Shown in pieces: positions 8,654-17,149 of a stretch of 61,730 nucleotides of DNA; within the stretch, counting starts at the first letter, position 1, and the number at the start of each line of letters is the position of its first letter. The notes below the pieces were generated by a model. The model was given only the letters and a program-made list of their open reading frames with translations, was not told the DNA's origin and made no database searches. This DNA comes from an uncultured Bacilli bacterium (GTDB taxonomy: Bacteria > Bacillota_I > Bacilli_A > RF39 > UBA660). Both the position numbers and the translations under genes were made by a program. The stretch lies in NCBI GenBank assembly GCA_947623815.1, contig CANQHO010000001.1, forward strand, positions 1 through 61,730. Reading direction: 5' to 3'.

Positions 8654-9109
8654 TTAATCAGTTGAGCCAAATCCACCAGTTCGAACCCCTTCGGCAGTAT
8701 CATTATCAACTAATAAAAACTTTTGAAAAACTACTTGTCCAATCGCATCACCTTTATTTATTTTTACATCGTGATCAAAAAAATTATAAAAAGCAAAAAA
8801 CAAATGTCCATCATTGCTTTCATTTCCATAATAATCAGCGTCAACTACTCCCACACTATTAGCTAAAACTAATCCCCGCTTTCCTGGCCCGGAACTGCGA
8901 TTAAACAACAAATAAAATTCATCTTCATTACAATACGCTTTAAGCCCCGTCGGTACTAAAACTGGTTTCTGGCCCAATTTAAAAGCAGGTATTACAACAT
9001 CTTCGGCGGCTTCAACATCATAAGCAGCCGCCAATTTTGTCTTTCTTACTGGTAAATGTATGTCTTTATCTTCATAACCTTTTACTACTTCAAATCCTCT
9101 ATTTCGCAT
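8654..9109 (-). CDS. dut: dUTP diphosphatase
   Basis: N-terminus MRNRGFEVV, AAAYDV, GVVDADYYG and C-terminal RTGGFGSTD (motif 5). The ATG at 9109 is preferred over the TTG at 9112. Confidence 0.9.
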   Translation of the reverse strand: MRNRGFEVVKGYEDKDIHLPVRKTKLAAAYDVEAAEDVVIPAFKLGQKPVLVPTGLKAYCNEDEFYLLFNRSSGPGKRGLVLANSVGVVDADYYGNESNDGHLFFAFYNFFDHDVKINKGDAIGQVVFQKFLLVDNDTAEGVRTGGFGSTD

Positions 9110-9132
9110 CAATATCCATCCCTTCTATAAAT

Positions 9133-11130
9133 TTAAAACACATGATTACATTCAGTACAAATCCATTGTTGATTACTCTTTTCTTTATTCAAACAACCAC
9201 AATTTGGACAGGCTTCATCATCGATAAACTCAACATGTTGAACATTATCGTAAATATAATCAATATAATCATCTATACCTTTATTTTCTTTTCGCAAATC
9301 CGCTAAGGAAACAAAAGAAACTAACCCACCTAAAGAATATTTTTCAAGTTCTTTTTCTACTTCTAATTTCTTTATAACCTCAGCACTATTAGTATGATAA
9401 GCATTCGTATAATAGCCCTTATCAGTTATCCCTTTTATTTTTCCAAATTGTTCATAATCAATATCTACAAATCTTTTAGATATAGTTTCATCAAAAGTTC
9501 CTGTCACTTGAAAAGATAGACCTGTTTCTTTTTTAAACCTTTCCGTTGCATTCTTTAAATATTTCATTATTTGAATACCAAAATCCAGTCCTTCATCTTC
9601 CATCAAAGACACACCTGTCATTATTTTTACCGTTTCATCAAGACCGATATAGCCAAGTGACAAAGTTGAATAACCATCTTTTAAATAATCATCTATTTTT
9701 TCTTTTTTATTTATTCTTGAGATTGCCCCATGTTGCCAATGAATTGGACTTACATCTGAAGCCGTTCCAAGTAAAGCATAATACCTACACATCAGTGCAT
9801 CATAACATAAATCCAATCTTTCTTCTAACAATGGGAAAAATTTTTCTTTATCATCTTTAGTAAGTAACGCGATTTGGGGCAAATTTAAACTTACAACTCC
9901 TTGATTAAATCTTCCCTTATAAATAATATTACCTTTTTTCTTATATAAATCTAAAAAACTATGATTACCAATTGGTGGAACAATACCACCATATCGTTCT
10001 TGCATTATTTTACTTGATAAAAAGCTTGGAGTTAATCTTTTATTGGCACATTTAATTGCTAATCTAGTTAAATAATCATATTCATTACCATGTAAACAAT
10101 TATCTTCATTTAAAAGGTAAACCAGTTTAGGGAATACGGGATTTATAAGTACTCCATTTTCGTCTTTTATTCCCACCAATCTTTGATTTAAAATTTCTTC
10201 AATAATCATGGCATTTTCTTTTTTATATTCTGCTTGATCTAAATTTAAAAACAACGTTAACAATGGGGTTTGACCATTAGTAGTCATTAAAGTATTTATT
10301 TGATATTGGATAGTTTGAATTCCCGAACTAAGTTCTTGGCGTAACCTATCTAATGTTATAGCCTCTATCTCAGCATCTTTAATTTTACCATGATATTGTT
10401 CCATCAAACGACCTTTAAATTTAACATAACTCTTATGTAAATATTTTCCTAAACATTGTATATCTACTGTTTGTCCACCATATTGTCCACTAGCAATGGC
10501 GGTAATAATTTGCGTCATAACATTACAAGCGGCTTGAAAACTTTTGGGGGTTTCAATCATTTTACCATTCATTACGGTCCCATTATCCAACATATCAGCC
10601 ATATTGATTAAGCAACTGTTAAAAATTGGCTGTAAAAAATAATCCATAGCATGAAAGTGTATTACTCCATTTTCATGGGCGGTTACTATTTGTTCGGGCA
10701 AAAGAATTCTTTTAGTTAAATCTCTTGATACTTCACCAGCAATTAAATCTCTTTGCGTGGACGCTACTAAAGCGTTTTTATTTTTATTTTCTTCAAGCAT
10801 ATATTTTTGACCATTTTTTATAAGTCCTAAAATAGATTCGTCGGTAGTATTTGATTTTCTAACTAAAGCCCGACGATAGCGATATATAATATATTTTTTG
10901 GCTAATTCATATTTTTTACATTCCATCAACTTTTGTTCAATAATATCTTGTATATCTTCAACTAACATCCTTTTTTTCTTTAAATCTTCAATATATTTTA
11001 CTATTTTATCTATTTGCTTGTTTCCAATTTGTTCGGTTGCTACTACATCATTATTAGCCTTTTGAATGGCGATAATAATTTTCTCTTTGTCATATTCAAC
11101 AACTCTTCCATCTCTTTTTATAACTTTCAT
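9133..11130 (-). CDS. class III ribonucleotide reductase (NrdD) paralogue lacking the catalytic Cys and the glycyl-radical motif; ATP-cone retained
   Basis: NrdD-type features: ATP-cone (MKVIKRDGRVVEYDKEKI), IHFHAMDYF, FNSCLIN, GRFNQGVVSLNLPQIAL, YYTNAYH and a Zn ribbon CPNCG..CTECN. Start set at the ATG at 11130 with an AAGGTGA RBS; the upstream 27 codons have no RBS. PPIGNHSFL replaces PMGCRSFL, and the ORF ends right after the Zn ribbon. Confidence 0.85.
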   Translation of the reverse strand: MKVIKRDGRVVEYDKEKIIIAIQKANNDVVATEQIGNKQIDKIVKYIEDLKKKRMLVEDIQDIIEQKLMECKKYELAKKYIIYRYRRALVRKSNTTDESILGLIKNGQKYMLEENKNKNALVASTQRDLIAGEVSRDLTKRILLPEQIVTAHENGVIHFHAMDYFLQPIFNSCLINMADMLDNGTVMNGKMIETPKSFQAACNVMTQIITAIASGQYGGQTVDIQCLGKYLHKSYVKFKGRLMEQYHGKIKDAEIEAITLDRLRQELSSGIQTIQYQINTLMTTNGQTPLLTLFLNLDQAEYKKENAMIIEEILNQRLVGIKDENGVLINPVFPKLVYLLNEDNCLHGNEYDYLTRLAIKCANKRLTPSFLSSKIMQERYGGIVPPIGNHSFLDLYKKKGNIIYKGRFNQGVVSLNLPQIALLTKDDKEKFFPLLEERLDLCYDALMCRYYALLGTASDVSPIHWQHGAISRINKKEKIDDYLKDGYSTLSLGYIGLDETVKIMTGVSLMEDEGLDFGIQIMKYLKNATERFKKETGLSFQVTGTFDETISKRFVDIDYEQFGKIKGITDKGYYTNAYHTNSAEVIKKLEVEKELEKYSLGGLVSFVSLADLRKENKGIDDYIDYIYDNVQHVEFIDDEACPNCGCLNKEKSNQQWICTECNHVF

Positions 11131-11149
11131 ACTTTCACCTTTTTCTTTT

Positions 11150-11178
11150 ATTATACTATGGATTACTATTTTTTCCAA
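11150..11178 (-). promoter_or_regulatory. sigmaA-type promoter (TTGGAA-17-TATAAT) for the nrdD-like/dut unit
   Basis: The rc of 11173-11178 is TTGGAA and the rc of 11150-11155 is TATAAT, with a 17-nt spacer, about 20 nt upstream of the start codon. Confidence 0.55.
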
Positions 11179-11243
11179 ATGATTATTACTTTTATAAGAA
11201 AAAGCAAACATTTTTTATGTCTACTTTCCTTTTTACAATTATT

Positions 11244-12146
11244 TTAATTTTTATTTTCTAAATATTTACATGCCCCAATAACGGCTATGGTTCCATCGGC
11301 TACAGCGGTTGTTAATTGTCTTACGTTTTTGGTTCGACAATCTCCAGCAGCAAAGATAAAAGGAACATTAGTTTTACAATCTTCACCTGCTACAATGTAA
11401 CCATATTCATCTATTTCAATTATGTCTTTAAAATATGAAGCATCTGGTACTTGACCAATCGATACAAATAAACCATTCAAATCTTTCTTTGTTTCGCCAT
11501 TTTCATTTTTTATAATTATTCCGGTTAATTCTGTATCACCTAATAATTTTTCTACGGTCGTATTATATAGTATAGAAACGTTGTTTTTTTGATTAAGTAA
11601 ATCTATTTGATTTTGTTCTCCTTTTAATACATTTCCTCTAACTAACATTTCTACTTTTTTACAATATTCCGATAAAAATATAGCCGTTTGGATAGCCGAA
11701 TTTCCACTACCTACTACACAAACTTCTTGGTCTTTATAAAGTGGTCCATCGCAAAGAGCACAATAGGAAATTCCATTTCCTACTAATGCTTCTTCGTTTT
11801 CTAGACCTAATTTACGATGTTTAGTACCGGTTGCAATAATAAGTGTTTTGCCTTCATATTCACCACTATCTGTATGAATAGTAACACCACTACCTACATC
11901 TACTTTAACAACTTCTTCATAGGCTATTTCAACTGGTAAATTAGAAACTTGTTCAAATAATTTATCCGCAAATTCAGCACCACTTATTTTAGAAAAACCA
12001 GGATAGTTTTCTACACTACTTGAATAAATAATTTGTCCACCAAAGGCATTTCCTTCAATAAGTAAACATTTCTTACCGGCTCTTGCGCCATATATAGCCG
12101 CCGTCATACCAGCGGTTCCACCACCGATAATTATAATATCAAACAT
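11244..12146 (-). CDS. trxB: thioredoxin-disulfide reductase family flavoprotein
   Basis: FAD motif GGGTAGMTAA, redox-active CALCDG, second dinucleotide motif GSGNSA and C-terminal FAAGD. The start lies 1 nt after the nrdD stop. Confidence 0.9.
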   Translation of the reverse strand: MFDIIIIGGGTAGMTAAIYGARAGKKCLLIEGNAFGGQIIYSSSVENYPGFSKISGAEFADKLFEQVSNLPVEIAYEEVVKVDVGSGVTIHTDSGEYEGKTLIIATGTKHRKLGLENEEALVGNGISYCALCDGPLYKDQEVCVVGSGNSAIQTAIFLSEYCKKVEMLVRGNVLKGEQNQIDLLNQKNNVSILYNTTVEKLLGDTELTGIIIKNENGETKKDLNGLFVSIGQVPDASYFKDIIEIDEYGYIVAGEDCKTNVPFIFAAGDCRTKNVRQLTTAVADGTIAVIGACKYLENKN

Positions 12147-12147
12147 T

Positions 12148-14517
12148 TTAAGACACCTGTTCTATGTATTTTTTTATATTAGATAAATTGACTATTTTTT
12201 CTTGTTTTTTACCTTGTTTTACGATTAAGGTTGGTACTTGTTTAACATCTAGTGCTGTACTCATATTTGCTTCATCCATAGCATCTACTACTTTATAAGG
12301 TATTTTGGCTTTAGTTAATAATGTTTTAGCCATTTTACAGTTAGGACATGTTTTGGTTGTAAATAACATAATTCCATCTTCTATTTTATTTTCTGATGTA
12401 TTTTTTTTAACAGTTTTCTTTACTTTTTCTTCTCTTGTAAAACAAGATTTATTTAAATCGTAAAGTTTTCTATCTTTAAATTCTTGAGTTTTTCCATCAT
12501 TCCAGTTTTGTACTGGTCGGTAGTACCCTGTTATTCTACTGTAAATTTCAGTCTTTTTACCACAAGTAGGACAAGTTTTTTGTTCACCGGCCAAGTATCC
12601 ATGTTCTTGACATACTGAATAAGTTGGAGAAAGGGTATAATATGGTAATTTATAATTTTCCGCAATTTTTCTAACTAAGTTAGCCGCTGCTTGCCAATCA
12701 GGTAATTTTTCTCCTAAGAAGGCATGGAAGACAGTTCCCGATGTATAAAGAGTTTGTAAATCATCTTGAATGTCTAATGCAGAAAAAATATCTTCAGTAA
12801 AGGAAACTGGTAAATGGGAACTATTAGTATAATATGGAGTATCACCTTTTTTAGCAGCCGTAATTATATCTGGATAACGTTCTACATCATGTTTGGCAAA
12901 TCTATAAGTAGTTGATTCAGCAGGAGTTGCTTCTAGGTTATATAAATCTCCATACTCTTCTTGATAATCTGATAATCTTTCACGCATGTGAGTTAATACT
13001 TGTTTAGTAAATTCTTGAGTTTTTTCATGGGTCAAATCGGCTTTAATCCAATTAGCGTTTAAACCAACTTCGTTCATTCCAATTAAACCGATAGTTGAAA
13101 AATGACTATCAAAGGTTCCTAAATAATGTCTTGTATATGGATATAATCCTTCATTTAGTAAGTTTGTTAAAATTGTTCTTTTAATTTTTAAACTACGAGC
13201 GGCAATATCCATCATTCTATCTAAACGTTTATAAAAATCTTCTTCATCTTTAGCCAAATAAGCAATTCTTGGCATATTGATAGTTACAACACCAACTGAT
13301 CCCGTATTTTCTCCACTTCCGAAGAAACCACCTGATTTTTTTCGAAGTTCTCTTAAATCTAGTCTTAACCGGCAACACATACTTCTAACGTCACTTGGTT
13401 CCATATCACTATTTATGTAGTTTGAAAAGTAAGGAGTTCCATATTTTGAAGTCATTTCAAATAGTAATCTATTATTTTCTTTATCTGACCAATCAAAGTC
13501 ACTAGTTATAGAATAAGTAGGGATTGGATATTGAAAACCACGACCATTAGCATCTCCTTCAATCATTACTTCGATAAAGGCTTTATTAACCATATCCATT
13601 TCTTCTTGACAATCTTTGTATTTAAAATCTTGTTCTTTTCCACCTACAATAGCGTTTAATTCGGCTAAATCGTTTGGTACAACCCAGTCTAAAGTTATGT
13701 TAGTAAATGGTGCTTGAGTTCCCCAACGACTTGGAATATTTACCCCAAAGACAAATGATTCTATACATTGTTTTACTTGAGAATAAGTTAAATTATCTAC
13801 TTTAACAAAAGGCGCTAAATAAGTGTCAAATGAGGAAAACGCTTGGGCTCCGGCCCATTCATTTTGCATAATTCCTAAAAAGTTTACCATTTGATTACAT
13901 AAAGTTGATAAGTGTTTAGCAGGGGCAGAAGTAATTCTTCCTGGCACACCTCCTAGACCTTCTTTAATCAATTGTTTTAGTGACCAACCAGCACAATATC
14001 CAGTTAACATTGATAAATCGTGAATATGAATATCGGCATTTCTATGAGCATCGCTTATTTCTTCATCATATATTTCTGATAGCCAATAATTAGCGGTAAT
14101 TGCTCCGGAATTACTTAGTATTAACCCACCAACTGAATAAGTAACGGTAGAGTTTTCTTTTACTCGCCAGTCAGTTACTTTAACATAACTATCCACTATT
14201 TCTTTATAATCTAAAAGAGTTGATTTCATATTACGTACTTTTTCCCGTTGTTTTCTATATAGAATATATCCTTTTGCCACTTCAGTATAATCGGCTTTTA
14301 CTAAAACATTTTCTACACTGTCTTGTATATCTTCTACTTGAACTTTTTTATTTTTAATTTTTGGTTCAAAATCAGATGTTACTTTTAATGTAAGCATATC
14401 AATTACATCGGGATGAACTTCTACTTCTTTCGCATTAAATGCTTTTGTAATTGCTATTTTTATTTTATTTAAATCAAAATCTACTACTTTACCATCACGT
14501 TTTATTACTTTATACAT
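12148..14517 (-). CDS. nrdD: anaerobic ribonucleoside-triphosphate reductase with C-terminal thioredoxin-fold (CPNC) domain
   Basis: ATP-cone (YKVIKRDGKVVDF), IHIHDL..YCAGWS, SMCCRLRL, GSVGVVTINMPRIA, Zn ribbon CPTCG and glycyl-radical motif SRITGYY. An extra ~105 aa ends in MLFTTKTCPNCKMAK...VPTL. Confidence 0.95.
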   Translation of the reverse strand: MYKVIKRDGKVVDFDLNKIKIAITKAFNAKEVEVHPDVIDMLTLKVTSDFEPKIKNKKVQVEDIQDSVENVLVKADYTEVAKGYILYRKQREKVRNMKSTLLDYKEIVDSYVKVTDWRVKENSTVTYSVGGLILSNSGAITANYWLSEIYDEEISDAHRNADIHIHDLSMLTGYCAGWSLKQLIKEGLGGVPGRITSAPAKHLSTLCNQMVNFLGIMQNEWAGAQAFSSFDTYLAPFVKVDNLTYSQVKQCIESFVFGVNIPSRWGTQAPFTNITLDWVVPNDLAELNAIVGGKEQDFKYKDCQEEMDMVNKAFIEVMIEGDANGRGFQYPIPTYSITSDFDWSDKENNRLLFEMTSKYGTPYFSNYINSDMEPSDVRSMCCRLRLDLRELRKKSGGFFGSGENTGSVGVVTINMPRIAYLAKDEEDFYKRLDRMMDIAARSLKIKRTILTNLLNEGLYPYTRHYLGTFDSHFSTIGLIGMNEVGLNANWIKADLTHEKTQEFTKQVLTHMRERLSDYQEEYGDLYNLEATPAESTTYRFAKHDVERYPDIITAAKKGDTPYYTNSSHLPVSFTEDIFSALDIQDDLQTLYTSGTVFHAFLGEKLPDWQAAANLVRKIAENYKLPYYTLSPTYSVCQEHGYLAGEQKTCPTCGKKTEIYSRITGYYRPVQNWNDGKTQEFKDRKLYDLNKSCFTREEKVKKTVKKNTSENKIEDGIMLFTTKTCPNCKMAKTLLTKAKIPYKVVDAMDEANMSTALDVKQVPTLIVKQGKKQEKIVNLSNIKKYIEQVS

Positions 14518-14528
14518 ATCTATCTCTC

Positions 14529-15221
14529 CTAACTAACTCCTCGTAATTTTACATTTGGCACTTCTAATTTTACTTGGTTTAATATTTTATCCATATCGGT
14601 TTTTAACTTACAATGTAAATTATCGCCAATTAGATCACCAGAATCTACAAATCCTTGTAAAAAATATCTTTCATTTCCTTTTAACCAATGACTAATTTTT
14701 TCAAAGTCTTGGCTATTATGAAATTCTTGTACTACGGTTGTTCTAAATTCGTAAGGAACATGTCCTTCTTTTAAAAATTCAACGCTTTCTTTAATGACAT
14801 CCATATTGAGTCTATTAAGTCCAACTGTTTTGGCATATTTTTCTTTTGAATTTTTGATATCCATAGCTACATAATCAACTAATTTTAAATCAACTAATTC
14901 TTTTAATTTTTCTGGGAAACTTCCATTAGTATCTAATTTTACTAAATAACCCATATCTTTTATTTTTTTTATAAATTCTTTTAAATCTGGTTGTAATAGT
15001 GGTTCTCCCCCGGATATACAAACGGCATCTAATATCCCAATCCTCTTTTTTAAAAAGGATAATACTTCTAATTCGTCTAAATAACATTCGTCTTTTTTTA
15101 AGACTAAAGATGCATTATGACAAAATGGACAGCGAAAGTTACATCCACTTGTAAATATTGTACAAGCGACATGTTCAGGATAATCTAACAATGTCAATTT
15201 TTGTAGTCCTTTGATTTTCAT
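14529..15221 (-). CDS. nrdG: anaerobic ribonucleotide reductase activating protein (radical SAM)
   Basis: CNFRCPFCHN radical-SAM cluster motif and GGEPLLQ. The gene sits directly upstream of nrdD. Confidence 0.93.
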   Translation of the reverse strand: MKIKGLQKLTLLDYPEHVACTIFTSGCNFRCPFCHNASLVLKKDECYLDELEVLSFLKKRIGILDAVCISGGEPLLQPDLKEFIKKIKDMGYLVKLDTNGSFPEKLKELVDLKLVDYVAMDIKNSKEKYAKTVGLNRLNMDVIKESVEFLKEGHVPYEFRTTVVQEFHNSQDFEKISHWLKGNERYFLQGFVDSGDLIGDNLHCKLKTDMDKILNQVKLEVPNVKLRGVS

Positions 15222-15253
15222 TTTTTCTCCCTACCTTTCTTTTAGACAATCTC

Positions 15254-15259
15254 ATTATA
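15254..15259 (-). promoter_or_regulatory. -10 box (TATAAT) of the nrdG-nrdD promoter; no usable -35
   Basis: The rc of 15254-15259 is TATAAT. The Crp/Fnr-type box sits where a -35 would be. Confidence 0.45.
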
Positions 15260-15280
15260 GCACTTCCATTTTTTTATTTT

Positions 15281-15296
15281 TGTTGCAAATGCAACA
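15281..15296. promoter_or_regulatory. Crp/Fnr-type palindromic box TGTTG-N6-CAACA
   Basis: TGTTGCAAATGCAACA; the arms extend to 9 bp (TTTGTTGCA/TGCAACAAA). It lies in the divergent region between nrdG and the Crp/Fnr gene and overlaps the -35 of the latter. Confidence 0.55.
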
Positions 15297-15311
15297 AAAT
15301 GATGATATAAT
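15283..15311 (+). promoter_or_regulatory. sigmaA-type promoter of the Crp/Fnr gene (TTGCAA-17-TATAAT)
   Basis: TTGCAA at 15283-15288 and TATAAT at 15306-15311, with a 17-nt spacer. Confidence 0.6.
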
Positions 15312-15359
15312 CTTATTAGCCCTTTAATTACAAAGAAAAAAAATTTTTAGGAGGTTTAC

Positions 15360-15995
15360 ATGTTAGAAATTGATATTTTTAGAGACATTGAAAATAGTGA
15401 TGTTAAAAAAATGATGCATTGTTTTAATGCCAATTTTATTACTTATAAAAAGGATAGAACTATTATATCTAATTTAGGAAATGTCAATATGGTTGGTATT
15501 ATTTTAAAAGGGAGCGCCCATTTAATTCGCTATGATTATGACGGTAATAGAACTTTATTAGACAAGTTGTCAGTCGGTGATTTGTTTGGTGAAATTTTTA
15601 CACCTACTAGCAGTTCTGAACAATCTATTATTGCGATAAATGATTGCGAAATACTTTTTATCGATTACAATAAACTAATTAACCGGTGTAAAAAAAATTG
15701 TTCATGTCACAATTTACTTATCAACAACATGTTAAAGTTATTGGCTAAAAAAATTGCTTCTATGAATGAAAAAATAGAAGTTTTAGATAAACGTTCTATT
15801 CGGGAAAAATTGTTAAAATATTTTAATATTTTGTCCCAAAAAGTTAACAGTAAAACTTTTTATTTACCTTTTTCTTATACTGATTTAGCGGATTATTTAT
15901 CTATTGATAGAAGTGCCATGATGCGGGAAATAAAAAACTTAAAGGATGAAGGTTTTATTAAAGCCAACAAGAAAAAAATAACACTTTGTTTTTAA
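15360..15995 (+). CDS. Crp/Fnr family transcriptional regulator
   Basis: cNMP-binding-like beta-roll (GDLFGEIF), a central helix, and a C-terminal HTH (YTDLADYLSIDRSAMMREIKNLKDEG). AGGAGG RBS. Confidence 0.85.
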   Translation: MLEIDIFRDIENSDVKKMMHCFNANFITYKKDRTIISNLGNVNMVGIILKGSAHLIRYDYDGNRTLLDKLSVGDLFGEIFTPTSSSEQSIIAINDCEILFIDYNKLINRCKKNCSCHNLLINNMLKLLAKKIASMNEKIEVLDKRSIREKLLKYFNILSQKVNSKTFYLPFSYTDLADYLSIDRSAMMREIKNLKDEGFIKANKKKITLCF

Positions 15996-16013
15996 GTGTT
16001 TTTTATTATTAAA

Positions 16014-16036
16014 AAATAGCAAATAACTTGCTATTT
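16014..16036. terminator. AT-rich hairpin between convergent genes (possible bidirectional terminator)
   Basis: AAATAGCAA-ataac-TTGCTATTT between the crp/fnr stop and the htrA stop. Confidence 0.35.
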
Positions 16037-17136
16037 TAATCTAGTCCTTCTGTCAATTTAACTTTGACAGTTTTACTTTTTTCATCTCTAGTATAAGTAA
16101 TACTGACAGTATCGCCAACGCTATGTTTATATAAGTTATATCTAAATTGAGCCATATCGTCTATTTCGACATTATCTATTTTAGTTATAATATCCCCAGC
16201 TTGTAATTTAGCATCACTAGCTGGACTATTTTCTTCTACTTTAGTTATATAAACTCCTTTGACATTGCTTTCTTGAGTAGCACCACCCATAATCCAATCT
16301 CTAAAGTTACCACTGTTATAATATACCGCTTTATCGGCATCGATAGCCTGGATTCCAATCAAAGGTCTAACTATTTTTTGTCCTTTTTCCAAACGTTCAA
16401 CAAAAGTCATAGCCTCTTGAATAGGTAATGCAAAACCCATACCTTCTATTTCATCTTCTACTAGTTTCATCGAAGTAATACCTATTACTTCTCCATTGAT
16501 ATTTAATAATGGTCCACCACTATTTCCAGGATTTATTGCTGCATCAGTTTGTAAAACATCCATTATATAACTACCATCACTACCACTGGCGGTTACTTGA
16601 CGGTCTTTACCAGACAAAATTCCTTTGGTAACTGTACCCATATATTTACTACCTAAAGGTGATCCCACGGTAAATACTGTATCGCCTAGTTCTGATTTAG
16701 AACTATCGCCAATAGCCGCAATTGTTGTAACATTAGTGTTAGATATAGATAAAACGGCCAAATCGGTAAATTCATCACTTCCTTTAAAAGTGGCTTTTTC
16801 AGTTTTTCCACTATTGAAAGTAACATTTATTTCATCAGCCCCATCAACAACATGATGGTTTGTTAAAACATAAGATTCATTATCTCCTTTTTTATATATA
16901 AATCCTGTCCCAGAACTAGTTATTTTTCCATTTTCGTATGTTTCTATAAGCAATACCGCATCATAAACTTTTTCTATTGCACTTTTTAAAGTATTTGTTT
17001 CACTTATAGATACATCTTTAACGGTTTTTACGGTTGCTTCTGGTTTAAATACAAATTGGTATGCATAAGTAGTTCCTATAATACCAATAAATAAAGTTAT
17101 CAAAATTGTCAATAAGTATTTTTGTTTTTCGTTCAC
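16036..17136 (-). CDS. htrA: HtrA/DegP-family serine protease with PDZ domain
   Basis: N-terminal TM segment. Catalytic motifs TNHHVV, DLAVL and GNSGGPLLN. A C-terminal PDZ-like region. GTG start with an AAGGAGG RBS. Confidence 0.9.
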   Translation of the reverse strand: MNEKQKYLLTILITLFIGIIGTTYAYQFVFKPEATVKTVKDVSISETNTLKSAIEKVYDAVLLIETYENGKITSSGTGFIYKKGDNESYVLTNHHVVDGADEINVTFNSGKTEKATFKGSDEFTDLAVLSISNTNVTTIAAIGDSSKSELGDTVFTVGSPLGSKYMGTVTKGILSGKDRQVTASGSDGSYIMDVLQTDAAINPGNSGGPLLNINGEVIGITSMKLVEDEIEGMGFALPIQEAMTFVERLEKGQKIVRPLIGIQAIDADKAVYYNSGNFRDWIMGGATQESNVKGVYITKVEENSPASDAKLQAGDIITKIDNVEIDDMAQFRYNLYKHSVGDTVSITYTRDEKSKTVKVKLTEGLD

Positions 17137-17149
17137 AATTAGTCCTCCT

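Noticed and set aside
9546-9860. Various antisense ORFs of 60-130 aa inside long genes (for example 9546-9860, 16625-16855, 22019-22231, 31094-31558, 46889-47176, 59371-59763).
   Set aside because: Each lies fully within a well-supported gene on the opposite strand. Each has biased low-complexity composition and lacks an RBS.
11131-11211. A 27-codon N-terminal extension of the NrdD-like ORF (MFAFSYKSNNHLEKIVIHSIIKEKGES).
   Set aside because: The extension overlaps the predicted promoter (TTGGAA-17-TATAAT) and has no RBS. The ATP-cone begins at the ATG at 11130, which has an AAGGTGA RBS.
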